A DNA stretch of 51,571 nucleotides from Ramlibacter sp. Lineage in GTDB: Bacteria > Pseudomonadota > Gammaproteobacteria > Burkholderiales > Burkholderiaceae_C. How positions within the stretch are numbered: position 1 is the stretch's first letter; the number at the start of each line of letters is the position of its first letter. Positions 10,208-21,886 of the stretch are shown here, piece after piece. Both the position numbers and the translations under genes were made by a program. The notes under the pieces are model-generated. The model was not told where the DNA came from. It made no database searches and worked only from the letters and a program-made list of their open reading frames with translations. The stretch spans positions 1-51,571 of the forward strand of contig JAYUHN010000369.1 in the NCBI GenBank assembly GCA_043766965.1, in the 5' to 3' direction.

Positions 10208-10840
10208 CTAGCTCTTCTTGGCCGCGTTGCTCCGGTTGCGCTCGGCCAGGGTGGCGATCAGACCGTCCACCCCCTTGGTGTTGATTTCCTGCGCGAACTG
10301 GCTGCGATACGTCTCGACCAGCCACACGCCCAGCACGTTCAGGTTGTAGATTTTCCAGCCGCCGGGGGTTTTTTCCATCCGGTAGTCGAGCTGGATCGGG
10401 TCACCCCGCCCGCGCACTTCGGTCCGCACCACCACCTCGGTGTCACTTGCGCCCGCCCGCTGCGGCTTCACGCTGATCACCTGGTCGTTCACCTGTTCCA
10501 GGGCGCCCGCATAGGTGCGAACCAACAGGACCTTGAACTCATCCTGGAGACGTTTCTTCTGCTCTGGCGTGGTCTGGCGCCATGCGGGACCGACAGCAGC
10601 TGCAGTCATCCGCTGGAAATCGACGTTGGGCATGATCTTGCTATCCACCAGCGACATGATCCGGGTGATCTCGCCGCCCTTCATTGCCTGGTCGGACTTG
10701 ATCGAGGCCATGACCTCTTCGGACAGGCGCTTGATCAGCGCGTCGGGCGTTTCGTCGGCCGCGTGCGTCAATGGCGCGACAGCGAGCATGGCGACTGCGA
10801 ACAAGGCCGCGCCGAAACGGGCAAAAAAACGTCTTTTCAT
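10208..10840 (-). CDS. mlaC: Periplasmic phospholipid-binding protein MlaC/Ttg2D
   Basis: Signal peptide MKRRFFARF...; DFQRMT, LLVRTYAGAL and WKIYNLNVLGVWLVETYRSQF. Confidence 0.93.
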   Translation of the reverse strand: MKRRFFARFGAALFAVAMLAVAPLTHAADETPDALIKRLSEEVMASIKSDQAMKGGEITRIMSLVDSKIMPNVDFQRMTAAAVGPAWRQTTPEQKKRLQDEFKVLLVRTYAGALEQVNDQVISVKPQRAGASDTEVVVRTEVRGRGDPIQLDYRMEKTPGGWKIYNLNVLGVWLVETYRSQFAQEINTKGVDGLIATLAERNRSNAAKKS

Positions 10841-10939
10841 TGGGTCACTTTCATGCGGCAAATCCGCGGTGAGGTTTGGAACAGTTTGGGCCGGGCGAGT
10901 TCCGACCCGGCCGCGCCCGTCGCAACAGGCTGCCATGAC

Positions 10940-11728
10940 TCAACGCGCGGCAGGTGCGATCGGTTGGCCGCGACCTGGTTCCGTCGGGTCCGTGCCCGGT
11001 TCCGGGGGGATGTCCACGGGATCGTTCTCGAAGATCTCGGCACGTCGCTTCTGCAAATGCGCATCCCGGATGAACGTGTACTTGTCGAGCGCCGCTTCTT
11101 CCAGCACCGTCCCGACGCGCAGCAAGTTCGACCGCTGGTTGACGGCTCTCAGGCTGTAGAGCTGATACCGCGCGGCGGTTTGTTCGACGGAATGCACCGG
11201 GTCACCCTGCCGGTCGAAGGTGAGCGCCAGGGTGTCCCGCAATGTGGAAGGTCCCAGCAGCGGCAACATGATGTAAGGGCCTGCGGGAACGCCCCAGCGG
11301 CCCAAGGTCTGCCCGAAATCCTCGCGGTGCCGCTCGATGTTGAGTTCACTGGCGACGTCCAGGATGCCGCCGAGTCCGAAGAAAGTGTTGACGTTCAGAC
11401 GCATGAAGTTCTCGGCCGCGTTCGCGAATTTGAACTGCAGCGCGCTGTTCACAGCCGACCAACCGTCGCTCAGGTTGCCGAAGAAATTGCTCACGCCGGT
11501 ACGCACGAGTGCCGGCACGTGGCGGCGGTAGACCGTCGCCACCGGCTTGAGGACGATCGCGTCAACGCCCTCGTTGAACTCCAGCGACTTGCGGTTGAAC
11601 GGCTCGAACGGGTCGCGCGGATTGACCGGCCCGCTGGCGCAGCCCGCCAGCGCCAGCAAAATTCCCAGGGCCAGCCCCCGGAACACCATGGAGCGGGCAG
11701 CACGAACTGAGTCAATCGATGTTTTCAT
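10940..11728 (-). CDS. mlaA: Outer-membrane lipoprotein MlaA/VacJ
   Basis: Lipobox LAGC; DPFEPFNR and EDFGQTLGRWGVPAGPYIMLPLLGPSTLRD. Confidence 0.95.
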   Translation of the reverse strand: MKTSIDSVRAARSMVFRGLALGILLALAGCASGPVNPRDPFEPFNRKSLEFNEGVDAIVLKPVATVYRRHVPALVRTGVSNFFGNLSDGWSAVNSALQFKFANAAENFMRLNVNTFFGLGGILDVASELNIERHREDFGQTLGRWGVPAGPYIMLPLLGPSTLRDTLALTFDRQGDPVHSVEQTAARYQLYSLRAVNQRSNLLRVGTVLEEAALDKYTFIRDAHLQKRRAEIFENDPVDIPPEPGTDPTEPGRGQPIAPAAR

Positions 11729-12219
11729 TTTTTTGAAGCCGTCCCTGCGGCGTTGCTGTTGCCCCCTTCGGCAGCCTTGCTGAACAGGAACTGACTGATC
11801 AGATTTTCCAGGACCACTGCCGATTGCGTGGTGGTAATGGTATCGCCAGCGGCCAACGCCTTTTCATCCGCCCCGGCTTCGATCCCGATGTACTGCTCGC
11901 CCAGGAGTCCGCTGGTCAGGATCTTGAGCGAGCTGTCTTTCGGAAACACGTAACGGCTTTCGATCGCAAGCGCGACCCGGGCCTGGAATGACTTGTCGTC
12001 GAACGTGATCGAGTCCACCCGTCCCACCACGACGCCCGCGCTCTTGACGGCCGCCTGCCGCTTGAGACCGCCAATGTTGTCGAACTTGGCGACCACGGGG
12101 TAGCTGGACTGAAAGTTCAACGCCAGCAGGTTGGCCGATTGCAAAGCGAGAAACAGGATTGCGACCGCGCCGACCAGCAAGAACAATCCGACCCACACAT
12201 CACTTTTTGAGCGTTCCAT
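11725..12219 (-). CDS. mlaD: MCE-domain protein MlaD
   Basis: FDNIGGLK...VKSAGVVVGRV and TSGLLGEQYI. Confidence 0.95.
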   Translation of the reverse strand: MERSKSDVWVGLFLLVGAVAILFLALQSANLLALNFQSSYPVVAKFDNIGGLKRQAAVKSAGVVVGRVDSITFDDKSFQARVALAIESRYVFPKDSSLKILTSGLLGEQYIGIEAGADEKALAAGDTITTTQSAVVLENLISQFLFSKAAEGGNSNAAGTASKK

Positions 12220-12240
12220 GATTCCAGGCCCTAAAGAATT

Positions 12241-13023
12241 TCAAATACTGAACATCAGGGTGGTCAGGATGAAGTCCAGTCCCAACACCGAGAGCGAAGC
12301 GACCACCACAGTGCGCGTGGTGGCCCGCGAAACCCCTTCGGGCGTCGGGTGGGCTTCGTAACCTTCGAGCAGCGCAATGAAGGTCACCGCCACGCCGAAC
12401 ACCAGGCTCTTCACCACGCCGTTGCCGACATCCCGCCAGACATCCACGCCACCTTGCATCTGGCTCCAGAAAGCTCCCTGATCGACGCCGATCAGGAGCA
12501 CGCCGATCACCCAGCCGCCGATGATGCCTACGGCGCTGAACACCGCCGACAACAGCGGCATCGCGATCACCCCGCCCCAGAAGCGCGGTGCCAGGATCCG
12601 GCGCACGGGGTCCACCGCCATCATCTCCATCGCACTCAATTGCTCGCCGGCCTTCATCAATCCGATCTCCGCTGTCAGCGCTGTACCGGCGCGGCCCGCG
12701 AACAGCAATGCGGTGATGACCGGGCCGAGTTCGCGAACCAGGCTGAGCGCCACCAGCAGCCCAAGGGCCTCTGAGGACCCGTAGCGCTGCAAGGTGTAGT
12801 AGCCCTGCAGGCCCAGCACGAAACCAACGAACAGGCCGGAGACAGTGATGATGGCGAGCGAGTAGTTGCCCAGGAAATGGATCTGGTCGCGCACCAGGCC
12901 GAATCGGCGAAAGGCCGCGCCGCCAAGTGTGACGAGCTTGCCGAACAGCCGCGCTCCATGCCCGAGATCGCCCAGCTTGGCACGCGCCGCAAATCCGACA
13001 TCGGCGGGGATGTACCAGCTCAC
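12241..13023 (-). CDS. mlaE: Lipid asymmetry ABC permease MlaE
   Basis: Probable GTG start at 13023. [30 protein letters not shown] and [11 protein letters not shown]. Confidence 0.95.
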   Translation of the reverse strand: MSWYIPADVGFAARAKLGDLGHGARLFGKLVTLGGAAFRRFGLVRDQIHFLGNYSLAIITVSGLFVGFVLGLQGYYTLQRYGSSEALGLLVALSLVRELGPVITALLFAGRAGTALTAEIGLMKAGEQLSAMEMMAVDPVRRILAPRFWGGVIAMPLLSAVFSAVGIIGGWVIGVLLIGVDQGAFWSQMQGGVDVWRDVGNGVVKSLVFGVAVTFIALLEGYEAHPTPEGVSRATTRTVVVASLSVLGLDFILTTLMFSI

Positions 13024-13036
13024 GGCGTTTCCCTTC

Positions 13037-13849
13037 TCATCCGAGCCCGCCCCCGAAATCACTGGCGACAGTGGGTCCGGGATAGTGGAAGCGCACGGGG
13101 CCGTCGGGCTCGGCGTTGACGAACTGGTGAACCATCGGATCGACTGAGTCCTGCACTTCTTGCGGTGAGCCCTGCGCCGCGACCTTGCCGTTTGCCAGGA
13201 CGATCACCTGGTCGGCGATGCGGAAAGTCTCTTCCAGGTCGTGCGACACCACGATGCTGGTGATGCCGAGCGTGTCGTTGAGCTGGCGAATCAGCCGGGC
13301 AGCGGTGCCGAGCGAAATCGGATCGAGTCCGGCAAAAGGCTCGTCGTACATGATGAGCTCAGGGTCCAGCGCCATGGCGCGGGCCAGCGCCACCCGGCGT
13401 GCCATGCCGCCCGAAATTTCGCTCGGCATCAGGTCGCGCGCCCCTCTCAGGCCAACCGCGTCGAGCTTCATGAGCACGATATCGCGCACCAGGTTCGGCG
13501 GCAGCCCGGTGTGCTCCCGCAACGGAAACGCCACGTTGTCGAACACGCTCAGGTCGGTGAAAAGCGCCCCGAACTGAAACAGCATGCCCATCCGGCGGCG
13601 CACTCCGTACAGGCCGGCTTCGTCAAGCATGCCAACATTCTGGGCGTCGAACAGCACTTCTCCGCTGTCGGCCCGGACCTGGCCGCCGATCAATCGCAAC
13701 ACCGTCGTTTTGCCACCCCCCGAGGCGCCCATCAGCGCCGTAACCTTGCCGCGCGGAATCGTGAAGCTCACGTCCTCCAGAATGCGGCGCCCTCCATAGC
13801 CGAAGCTCACGCGACGGCATTCGACAAGGGCAACGGCTGAATCGGGCAT
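13037..13849 (-). CDS. mlaF: Lipid asymmetry ABC ATPase MlaF
   Basis: [33 protein letters not shown] and [10 protein letters not shown]. Confidence 0.95.
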   Translation of the reverse strand: MPDSAVALVECRRVSFGYGGRRILEDVSFTIPRGKVTALMGASGGGKTTVLRLIGGQVRADSGEVLFDAQNVGMLDEAGLYGVRRRMGMLFQFGALFTDLSVFDNVAFPLREHTGLPPNLVRDIVLMKLDAVGLRGARDLMPSEISGGMARRVALARAMALDPELIMYDEPFAGLDPISLGTAARLIRQLNDTLGITSIVVSHDLEETFRIADQVIVLANGKVAAQGSPQEVQDSVDPMVHQFVNAEPDGPVRFHYPGPTVASDFGGGLG

Positions 13850-13928
13850 CCGGGAAAGGCCGGAGCAAGCCGGCTGTCATTGGAAAGGCTGAAATGATAC
13901 GGGGCTTTTCGGGCGCCCGCGGGACGCC

Positions 13929-15395
13929 TCAGCGGGGCAGGTCCGAGAACCCCATCAGGAATTCATCCACAGCCCGGGCTGCCTGCCGCCCCTCCCGAAT
14001 GGCCCACACCACCAGGCTCTGGCCACGCCGGATGTCGCCGGCCGCGAATACCTTGGCCACGTTGGTTGCGTAGCCGCCGACGAATTCCGTGCTCGCCTTG
14101 GCGTTGCCCCGATTGTCCTTTTCGACGCCGAACCCCTCCAGCACAGTGGCGACCGGGCTGACAAACCCCATGGCGAGCAACACGAGGTCCGCCTGCAGCA
14201 ACTGTTCGCTGCCTGGCACTTCGACCATCTTGCCGCCCTTCCACTCGACCCGGACCGTCTTCAGCCCGGTCAGCGTGCCGTCCTTCCCGGTGAACTGCTT
14301 GGTGGCGATGGCGAACTCGCGTTCGCACCCCTCTTCATGGCTGGAGCTGGTACGCAGCTTGGAAGGCCAGTAGGGCCAGGTCAGCGGCTTGTTTTCTTCT
14401 TCGGGCGGCTGCGGCATCAACTCGAACTGCGTGACGCTCGCCGCACCATGGCGATTGCTGGTGCCGACGCAGTCGGAGCCGGTATCGCCGCCGCCGATGA
14501 CGATCACGTGTTTGCCCGCCGCATGCAGCTGGCCCTTGACCTTGTCGCCCGCATTGACCTTGTTCTGCTGCGGCAGAAACTCCATCGCGAAATGGACGCC
14601 TGCCAGTTCCCGGCCAGGCACGGGCAGGTCGCGCGACTGCTCGGATCCGCCGGTCAGAACAACCGCGTCGAACTGGTTGTAAAGATCCTCGGGGGCAATT
14701 GTTTCCCTGGCCCAGTTGGTCACCCTGGAACCTTGAGGCAATTCGCCGACCATGACCCCGGTGCGGAAACTGACGCCCTCCGCCCTCATTTGCTCAACCC
14801 GGCGATCGATGTGCCTTTTCTCCATCTTGAAATCAGGAATGCCGTAACGCAGAAGGCCGCCAATGCGGTCATTCTTCTCGAACAGGGTCACGGCATGGCC
14901 GGCGCGGGCAAGTTGCTGCGCAGCCGCCATGCCTGCCGGTCCGGAGCCGACCACGGCCACGGTCTTGCCGGTCCGCACTCGCGGCAGCCGCGGCTGCACC
15001 CAGCCGTTGTCCCAGGCCCGGTCGATGATCGCGTGCTCGATCGACTTGATGCCGACCGGTTCGTCGTTGAAATTCAGCGTGCACGCGGCTTCGCATGGCG
15101 CAGGGCAGATGCGGCCGGTGAACTCGGGAAAGTTGTTGGTCGAGTCCAGCACGACCCAGGCGCTCTTCCAGTCCTGTCGATACACCAGGTCGTTGAAATC
15201 GGGAATGATGTTGTTGACCGGGCATCCGCTGTTGCAGAAGGGAATCCCGCAGTCCATGCAACGCGCGCCCTGCACCTGAACCTGCGCATCGTCGAGCGCA
15301 ACCACGAATTCCTTGTAATTCTTCAGGCGCTCGCCGACCGGGCGGTAACCCTCTTCGAGGCGCCCGTATTCCATGAAGCCTGTGATTTTTCCCAT
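13929..15395 (-). CDS. gltD: Glutamate synthase small subunit
   Basis: [34 protein letters not shown] and [11 protein letters not shown]. Confidence 0.97.
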   Translation of the reverse strand: MGKITGFMEYGRLEEGYRPVGERLKNYKEFVVALDDAQVQVQGARCMDCGIPFCNSGCPVNNIIPDFNDLVYRQDWKSAWVVLDSTNNFPEFTGRICPAPCEAACTLNFNDEPVGIKSIEHAIIDRAWDNGWVQPRLPRVRTGKTVAVVGSGPAGMAAAQQLARAGHAVTLFEKNDRIGGLLRYGIPDFKMEKRHIDRRVEQMRAEGVSFRTGVMVGELPQGSRVTNWARETIAPEDLYNQFDAVVLTGGSEQSRDLPVPGRELAGVHFAMEFLPQQNKVNAGDKVKGQLHAAGKHVIVIGGGDTGSDCVGTSNRHGAASVTQFELMPQPPEEENKPLTWPYWPSKLRTSSSHEEGCEREFAIATKQFTGKDGTLTGLKTVRVEWKGGKMVEVPGSEQLLQADLVLLAMGFVSPVATVLEGFGVEKDNRGNAKASTEFVGGYATNVAKVFAAGDIRRGQSLVVWAIREGRQAARAVDEFLMGFSDLPR

Positions 15396-15409
15396 GATTC
15401 TTCCTGGCC

Positions 15410-18400
15410 TCAGGCGGCTGCGACCGCGTCATGCTGGAGGGCCACGTGCGCGTTGGTTCCGGCACTTGCCGCTTCGACGTCGCGTTCGTGCATTTCAGCC
15501 AGGGCGCGCTGGTACTCGTTCGGGAAGACCTTGACGAATTTCAGGCGTGACGTGGCCCAGTGGTCCAGCAATTCGCGGGCGCGGCGGCTGCCGGTCCAGC
15601 GATTGTGGTCTTCCAGCAGCTTTCGCAGCAGCGTCTCGTCGGCCTGGTCCTGGTGCAGCCGCGTCTTCGACCCGGCATGCTGTTCGGCGGCGGTGGCCAC
15701 TTTTTCCAGCGTCACCATGGAGGTGTTGCAGCGACCGGCGAACATCCCGTCTTCGTCATACACATAGGCAATGCCGCCCGACATGCCGGCCGCGAAGTTG
15801 CGTCCGGTCTTGCCCAGCACCAGCACGGTTCCGCCGGTCATGTACTCGCAGCCGTGGTCGCCTGTTCCCTCGACCACCGCGGTGGCGCCCGAAAGGCGAA
15901 CCGCGAAACGCTCGCCTGCGACGCCGCTGAAAAACGCCTCGCCGGTGGTCGCGCCGTACAGGGCGGTGTTGCCGATGATGATGTTGTCGACAGCGGCACC
16001 CCGGAAGTCGATGCTCGGACGGACCACGATCCGCCCGCCGGAGAGGCCCTTGCCGGTGTAGTCATTGGCGTCCCCGATCAGGTAGAGCGTGATGCCCCTG
16101 GCCAGGAACGCGCCGAACGATTGACCGCCGGTGCCTTCGAGCTGGATGCGGATGGTGTCGTCCGGCAAACCTTCCGGATGCACCTTGGTCAGGGCCCCCG
16201 AAAGCATTGCGCCGACGGTCCGGTTCACGTTGCGGACGACTTCCATGAACTGGACGCGCTCGCCCTTGTCGATGGCGGGACGGGACTTCTCGATCAGCAA
16301 CCGATCCATGCTGCGGGACAGGCCGTGATCCTGCTGTTCGACGTGAAAACGCGAGACCTCCGGCGGCACGTTCGGAAGCGCGAACAGACGGCTGAAGTCG
16401 AGCCCCCGCGCCTTCCAGTGCTCGATGCCTTTTTTGGTGTCGAGCAGGTCCGCGCGTCCGATCAGATCGTCGAACTTGCGCATTCCCAGCTGCGCCATGA
16501 TCTGGCGCACCTCCTCGGCCACGAAGAAGAAGTAGTTGACGACATGCTCTGGCCGGCCGGAGAACTTCTTGCGCAGCACCGGGTCCTGGGTGGCGACGCC
16601 CACCGGGCAGGTGTTCAAGTGGCACTTGCGCATCATCATGCAGCCCTCGACCACCAGGGGCGCGGTGGCGAAGCCGAATTCATCGGCGCCCAGCAATGCG
16701 CCGATTGCGACGTCGCGCCCCGTTTTCATCTGTCCGTCGGCCTGCACACGAATACGGCCACGCAAACGGTTCAGCACCAGCGTCTGCTGGGTCTCAGCCA
16801 GACCGATCTCCCAGGGGCTGCCGGCGTGCTTGATCGACGACCATGGCGACGCGCCGGTGCCACCGTCGTGCCCCGCGATGACAACGTGGTCGCTCTTGCA
16901 CTTGGCGACGCCCGCGGCAATGGTGCCGACGCCGACTTCCGACACCAGCTTGACGCTGACCGACGCGTGCGGCGCGACGTTCTTCAGGTCGTGGATCAGC
17001 TGCGCCAAATCTTCGATCGAGTAGATGTCGTGGTGCGGCGGCGGCGAGATCAGCCCGACACCCGGGACCGAGTAACGCAACTTGCCGATGTACTTGGAGA
17101 CCTTGCCGCCCGGTAGCTGGCCGCCTTCACCGGGCTTGGCGCCCTGCGCCATCTTGATCTGGATCTGGTCAGCCGACGTCAGGTATTCGGCGGTCACACC
17201 GAAGCGGCCGGACGCCACCTGCTTGATCTTCGAGCGCAACGAATCTCCAGCGTTGAGCGCGTAGTCGGCCTCGATCACGTCCTTTCCGATGATCTCGCCG
17301 ACGGTCTGGCCCTGCCTGATCGGAATGCCCCTGAGCTCCTGGCGGTAGCGGGCCGGATCTTCGCCGCCCTCACCGGTGTTGCTCTTGCCACCGATCCGGT
17401 TCATCGCCACCGCCAGCGTAGCGTGGGCTTCGGTTGAAATGGAGCCGAGCGACATGGCGCCGGTCGCGAAGCGCTTGACGATGTCAGCCGCAGGCTCAAC
17501 CTCGTCCACCGGAATCGCCCTGGACGGATCGATCCTGAATTCGAACAGGCCGCGTAGCGTCATGTGCCGGCGGCTCTGGTCGTTGATCAGCTGCGCGTAC
17601 TCCTTGTAGGTGTTCCAGTTGTTGGCACGCGAGCTGTGCTGCAGCTTGGCGATCGCGTCCGGCGTCCACATGTGCTCTTCGCCGCGGGCCCGCCATGCAT
17701 ATTCGCCGCCAGCGTCGAGCATGACGGCGAGGACGGGGTCGTCGCCGAAAGCGGCCTTGTGCATCCTGATCGCTTCCTGCGCGATCTCGAAGACGCCAAT
17801 GCCTTCGACCCGGCTGGCGGTACCGGTGAAGTACTTCTCGATCGTTTCGCTATTCAGGCCGATCGCCTCGAACAACTGGGCACCGCAATAGCTCATGTAC
17901 GTGGACACACCCATCTTGGACATGATCTTGGACAGGCCCTTGCCGATCGCCTTGACGTAGTTGTAGATCGCCTTGTCCGGGTTCAGGTCACCCGGCAGGT
18001 CCTTGTGGATGGCAACCAGCGTCTCCATGGCGAGATAGGGATGCACGGCCTCAGCGCCATATCCTGCCAGCACGCCGAAGTGGTGCACTTCACGGGCGGT
18101 GCCGGTTTCGACGACCAGGCCGGCCGTCGTGCGCAACCCCTCGCGCACGAGATGCTGGTGAATGGACGACAAGGCAAGCAACGCGGGAATCGCGACTTGC
18201 GCCGGTCCCACTGCGCGATCGCTGATGATGAGGATGTTCTTGCCGCTCTTGATCGCATCCACCGCTTCGGCATTCAGCGACGCCAGCTTGGCCTCCACGC
18301 CTTCATGGCCCCACGCCAGCGGATAGGTGATGTCCAGGGTGTAGCTGCGGAATTTGCCGTGGGTGTGCTTCTCGACATCGCGCAACTTGGCCATGTCGGC

Positions 18401-20137
18401 GAAGTCGAGGATCGGCTGGCTGACCTCCAGCCGCATCGGCGGGTTGACCTGGTTGATGTCGAGCAGGTTCGGCTTCGGGCCGATGAAGGAAACCAGCGAC
18501 ATCACGATCGCCTCGCGGATCGGATCGATCGGCGGATTCGTCACCTGCGCGAACAGCTGCTTGAAGTAGTTGTAGAGCGGCTTGTCCTTGTTGGAAAGCA
18601 CGGCCAGCGGACTGTCGTTGCCCATCGAGCCGATGCCCTCCTCGCCAGCCTGCGCCATCGGCGACATCAGGAACTTGATGTCTTCCTGGGTGTAACCGAA
18701 CGCCTGCTGCCGGTCCAGTAATTCGAGGTCGCTGGCCGGCACGCTGCCCGACGTGTCCGACAGGTCATCGAGTTTGATGCGAAGGTTTTCGATCCACTGC
18801 TTGTAAGGCTTGTTGTTGGCGAGATTGGCTTTCAGCTCCTCGTCGTCGATCATCCGGCCCTGTTCGAGATCGATCAGGAACATCTTGCCGGGCTGCAGTC
18901 GCCACTTGCGCACGATCTTGTTTTCCGGCACCGGCAGCACGCCCGATTCGGACGCCATGATCACGAGATCGTCGTCCGTGACGCAATAGCGGGAAGGTCG
19001 CAGGCCATTCCGGTCCAGGGTGGCGCCGATCTGCCGGCCGTCGGTGAAGACGATGGAGGCAGGACCGTCCCACGGCTCGAGCATCGCCGCGTGGTATTCG
19101 TAAAAGGCCCTGCGGCGCTCGTCCATCGTGGTGTGTTGCTCCCACGGTTCCGGGATCATCATCATCACGGCCTGGCTGATCGGATAGCCAGCCATCGTCA
19201 GCAGTTCCAGGCAATTGTCGAAGGTTGCCGTGTCCGACTGCCCGGGGAAACTGATCGGATAAAGTTTTTGCAGGTCGGCTCCGAGAACGGGCGACGACAT
19301 CACGCCTTCGCGCGCCTTCATCCAGTTGTAGTTGCCCTTGACGGTATTGATTTCGCCGTTGTGTGCGACATAGCGGTACGGGTGGGCCAGCGGCCATTCC
19401 GGAAAGGTATTGGTGGAAAAACGCTGGTGGACCAGCGCCAGCGCGGAGACGCACCGCACATCCGTCAGGTCGAGGTAGTACGTGCCGACCTGATCCGCGA
19501 GCAACAGGCCTTTGTAGACCACGGTGCGGCTCGACATGCTGGGGACGTAATATTCCTTGCTGTGCTTCAGCCTAAGGCGCTGGATCGCCGCGCTGGCCGT
19601 CTTGCGAATCACATAGAGCTTGCGTTCGAGGGCATCCTGCACGATGACGTCGCTGCCACGGCCGATGAAGACCTGGCGCAGGATCGGTTCCTTCTTTTTG
19701 ACTGCCGGAGACATCGGCATGTCCCGATTGACCGGAACGTCGCGCCAACCGAGCAGAACCTGTCCTTCGGTTTTGACGGCCCGTTCGAGTTCCTGTTCGC
19801 ACGCGAGGCGCGAGGCGTGTTCTTTGGGCAGGAAGACCATGCCGACGCCATATTCGCCAGGTGGCGGCAACTCAATACCGAGCTTCGCAAACTCATCGCG
19901 GTAGAGCGCATCCGGCAGCTGGATCAAAATGCCGGCGCCGTCTCCCATCAGCTTGTCCGCGCCGACAGCGCCACGGTGGTCCAGGTTTTCCAGGATCTTC
20001 AAGCCCTGCTGAACGATCCCATGGCTTTTCAGCCCTTTGATGTGAGCGACGAAACCGACGCCGCACGCGTCATGTTCGTGCGCGCCGGAATACAGGCCAT
20101 GTTCTTGCAGGTGGGAAATTTCGGCTGCCGTGGTCAT
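15410..20137 (-). CDS. gltB: Glutamate synthase large subunit
   Basis: [43 protein letters not shown] and GXGXG domain; 1575 aa. Confidence 0.98.
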   Translation of the reverse strand: MTTAAEISHLQEHGLYSGAHEHDACGVGFVAHIKGLKSHGIVQQGLKILENLDHRGAVGADKLMGDGAGILIQLPDALYRDEFAKLGIELPPPGEYGVGMVFLPKEHASRLACEQELERAVKTEGQVLLGWRDVPVNRDMPMSPAVKKKEPILRQVFIGRGSDVIVQDALERKLYVIRKTASAAIQRLRLKHSKEYYVPSMSSRTVVYKGLLLADQVGTYYLDLTDVRCVSALALVHQRFSTNTFPEWPLAHPYRYVAHNGEINTVKGNYNWMKAREGVMSSPVLGADLQKLYPISFPGQSDTATFDNCLELLTMAGYPISQAVMMMIPEPWEQHTTMDERRRAFYEYHAAMLEPWDGPASIVFTDGRQIGATLDRNGLRPSRYCVTDDDLVIMASESGVLPVPENKIVRKWRLQPGKMFLIDLEQGRMIDDEELKANLANNKPYKQWIENLRIKLDDLSDTSGSVPASDLELLDRQQAFGYTQEDIKFLMSPMAQAGEEGIGSMGNDSPLAVLSNKDKPLYNYFKQLFAQVTNPPIDPIREAIVMSLVSFIGPKPNLLDINQVNPPMRLEVSQPILDFADMAKLRDVEKHTHGKFRSYTLDITYPLAWGHEGVEAKLASLNAEAVDAIKSGKNILIISDRAVGPAQVAIPALLALSSIHQHLVREGLRTTAGLVVETGTAREVHHFGVLAGYGAEAVHPYLAMETLVAIHKDLPGDLNPDKAIYNYVKAIGKGLSKIMSKMGVSTYMSYCGAQLFEAIGLNSETIEKYFTGTASRVEGIGVFEIAQEAIRMHKAAFGDDPVLAVMLDAGGEYAWRARGEEHMWTPDAIAKLQHSSRANNWNTYKEYAQLINDQSRRHMTLRGLFEFRIDPSRAIPVDEVEPAADIVKRFATGAMSLGSISTEAHATLAVAMNRIGGKSNTGEGGEDPARYRQELRGIPIRQGQTVGEIIGKDVIEADYALNAGDSLRSKIKQVASGRFGVTAEYLTSADQIQIKMAQGAKPGEGGQLPGGKVSKYIGKLRYSVPGVGLISPPPHHDIYSIEDLAQLIHDLKNVAPHASVSVKLVSEVGVGTIAAGVAKCKSDHVVIAGHDGGTGASPWSSIKHAGSPWEIGLAETQQTLVLNRLRGRIRVQADGQMKTGRDVAIGALLGADEFGFATAPLVVEGCMMMRKCHLNTCPVGVATQDPVLRKKFSGRPEHVVNYFFFVAEEVRQIMAQLGMRKFDDLIGRADLLDTKKGIEHWKARGLDFSRLFALPNVPPEVSRFHVEQQDHGLSRSMDRLLIEKSRPAIDKGERVQFMEVVRNVNRTVGAMLSGALTKVHPEGLPDDTIRIQLEGTGGQSFGAFLARGITLYLIGDANDYTGKGLSGGRIVVRPSIDFRGAAVDNIIIGNTALYGATTGEAFFSGVAGERFAVRLSGATAVVEGTGDHGCEYMTGGTVLVLGKTGRNFAAGMSGGIAYVYDEDGMFAGRCNTSMVTLEKVATAAEQHAGSKTRLHQDQADETLLRKLLEDHNRWTGSRRARELLDHWATSRLKFVKVFPNEYQRALAEMHERDVEAASAGTNAHVALQHDAVAAA

Positions 20138-20200
20138 GGCACCTCCAATGGGATCGCGGATTAACCAGCATACTGCAGTGCAACAAGAAGGCCAAATTTA

Positions 20201-20222
20201 AATCGGGGTCAGATTCTAATTA
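20201..20222 (+). repeat. Left inverted repeat flanking the RAYT gene
   Basis: AATCGGGGTCAGATTCTAATTA, 19/22 identical to the reverse complement of 20971-20992. Confidence 0.8.
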
Positions 20223-20261
20223 CCATCAAAGCAGTCCGGTACGGACATATTTAGGGACAGA

Positions 20262-20960
20262 TCAAATCGATCGATCTCGCACTGGTGGCCGGCCGCATTT
20301 AAGTTTCGCGACACGTCGCGCAGTCCGGCGCTGTAAGTCGGTTACAAAGTCTGGGGCTCCAAGCGGCCAGCCACTGTGCACCGACGCAGTAAGTGCTTGC
20401 TGCTGTTGCGCACTGAGTCCGCCAGCGACCAGTTCGGAATACGCGATCTCACGCGCAAAGGGGGTGTTACCCAGGTCCCAATAGAGCGGATGACTCGTGA
20501 TCATGGGATCGGACCGATATCCAGCGTAGTGTCCGTGGCTCGACCATGGATAGTCGCGCGGGGTAGCCACCAACCCGGCACGGACTGGATTCAAGTCGAT
20601 GTAAGCCATGCAAGCCAGAAAGTAGCGGTCGGCCTCGATCAACGTGGACCGGTACCGGCCCTCCCACAGCGTGCCCGACCTGCCCTGTTGCTGGTTGAAG
20701 CGGCGGACATAGCTTCGGCCCACTGCCTGCATCAACAGCGAAACGCCGTCGAGCGTCGTCGGGGTTGCAAGGAGGTGGAAGTGGTTTGTCATGAGCACGT
20801 AGCCGTGCAGAGACACTTCAAATCTACGGGCGTTCTGCGCCAGCAGCGACAACAGCAATTCGTAGTCGGCCTGGCCGGCAAAGATCGGCTGACGGTTGTT
20901 CCCGCGCTGAATGAGATGGTGCGGATAACCTGGAACCGTGAGACGCGGGAGGCGAGCCAT
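20262..20960 (-). mobile_element. REP-associated tyrosine transposase (RAYT; Y1 HUH, IS200/IS605 TnpA superfamily)
   Basis: MARLPR...HHLIQRGNNRQPIF, HUH motif MTNHFHLL, GTLWEGRY, catalytic-Tyr region YIDLNPVRAG and DYPWSS. Confidence 0.9.
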
Positions 20961-20970
20961 CTTCCGATTT

Positions 20971-21015
20971 TAATTCGGATCTGACCCCAATTACGCCCCA
21001 ATTACGCCAATTACG
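20971..21015 (+). repeat. Right inverted repeat plus tandem triplication of CCAATTACG
   Basis: TAATTCGGATCTGACCCCAATT (20971-20992); CCCCAATTACG (20985-20995), CCCCAATTACG (20996-21006) and CCAATTACG (21007-21015). Confidence 0.85.
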
Positions 21016-21886
21016 GCAACCCGGGGAAGCGCAGCGACTCCAATGATCCAAGCCCGAACTGCTGTAGCAATGCCCGAAGTCGTTCGGCGGGAGCGGCTTT
21101 CTTCGGCCCGGCGTGGCGCGCGAGAATCAACTCGTTCTTCAAGCTGTGCTCCCAGCCGACGAGTTCGGTGACCGTGACCTGGTATCCCATGGCCTCGAGA
21201 TAAAGACATCGCAGCACATTGGTCAGCTGACTGCCCATTTCACGGGTGTGCAGCGGATGGCGCCAGAGCTCCGCAAGCGGGGTACGGGCCAGAGCCAGTG
21301 ACTTGTTCTGGCGCAGGCAGGTCGCGAGTTCTGCCTGGCAGCACGGCACCAGCACCATGAACCGTGCGCCTTTGCGCAAGCCAAAGGCGATTGCATCGTC
21401 CGTGGCCGTGTCGCACGCGTGCAATGCAGTGACGACGTCGACCCGAGGCGGCAATAGAGCCTCCCCGGCCGCTTCAGCAGCACTAACGTTAAAAAAGGTC
21501 ATCCTGTCGAAGCCAAGGCGCGAAGCAAGCTGCCTGGATCGATCGACCAGCTCGCTGCGTGTTTCGATACCGAAGATACGTCCGCCCGAACGGCTCTTGA
21601 AGAAAAGATCGTAGAGGATGAAGCCAAGATAGGACTTGCCTGCCCCGTGGTCAGCCAGCGTCGCATCGCGGTTTCCAGCAGCCTCCACGTCGAGGAGCAG
21701 CTTTTCGATGAACTGATAGAGGTGATAGACCTGCTTCAACTTGCGGCGCGAGTCCTGGTTGATGCGGCCGTCGCGGGTCAGGATATGCAGCTCCTTGAGC
21801 AATTCCACGGACTGGCCGGGACGCACATCCGGATCGAGCGCTGGCTCGAGTGACGAAGGTCCCGGTCCTGGCGCACCGCCTTTCAT
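21011..21886 (-). CDS. Class I SAM-dependent methyltransferase (Methyltransf_32-like)
   Basis: Start MKGGAPG at 21886 (ATGA overlap). DHGAGKSYLGF, LHACDTATD and VPCCQ motifs. Confidence 0.88.
   Translation of the reverse strand: MKGGAPGPGPSSLEPALDPDVRPGQSVELLKELHILTRDGRINQDSRRKLKQVYHLYQFIEKLLLDVEAAGNRDATLADHGAGKSYLGFILYDLFFKSRSGGRIFGIETRSELVDRSRQLASRLGFDRMTFFNVSAAEAAGEALLPPRVDVVTALHACDTATDDAIAFGLRKGARFMVLVPCCQAELATCLRQNKSLALARTPLAELWRHPLHTREMGSQLTNVLRCLYLEAMGYQVTVTELVGWEHSLKNELILARHAGPKKAAPAERLRALLQQFGLGSLESLRFPGLP

Noticed and set aside
1380-13849. mla-ABC2-bolA-murA-his supercluster as a novel system
   Set aside because: This is a well-known conserved gene order in Betaproteobacteria.
20165-20190. 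CTGCAGTGCAAC near the gltB promoter as a PhaR-type site
   Set aside because: It is a single short degenerate match and cannot be supported from this sequence alone.
20985-21015. Short repeats as a CRISPR-like array
   Set aside because: Units are 9-11 bp, adjacent and have no spacers; no cas genes are present in the window.
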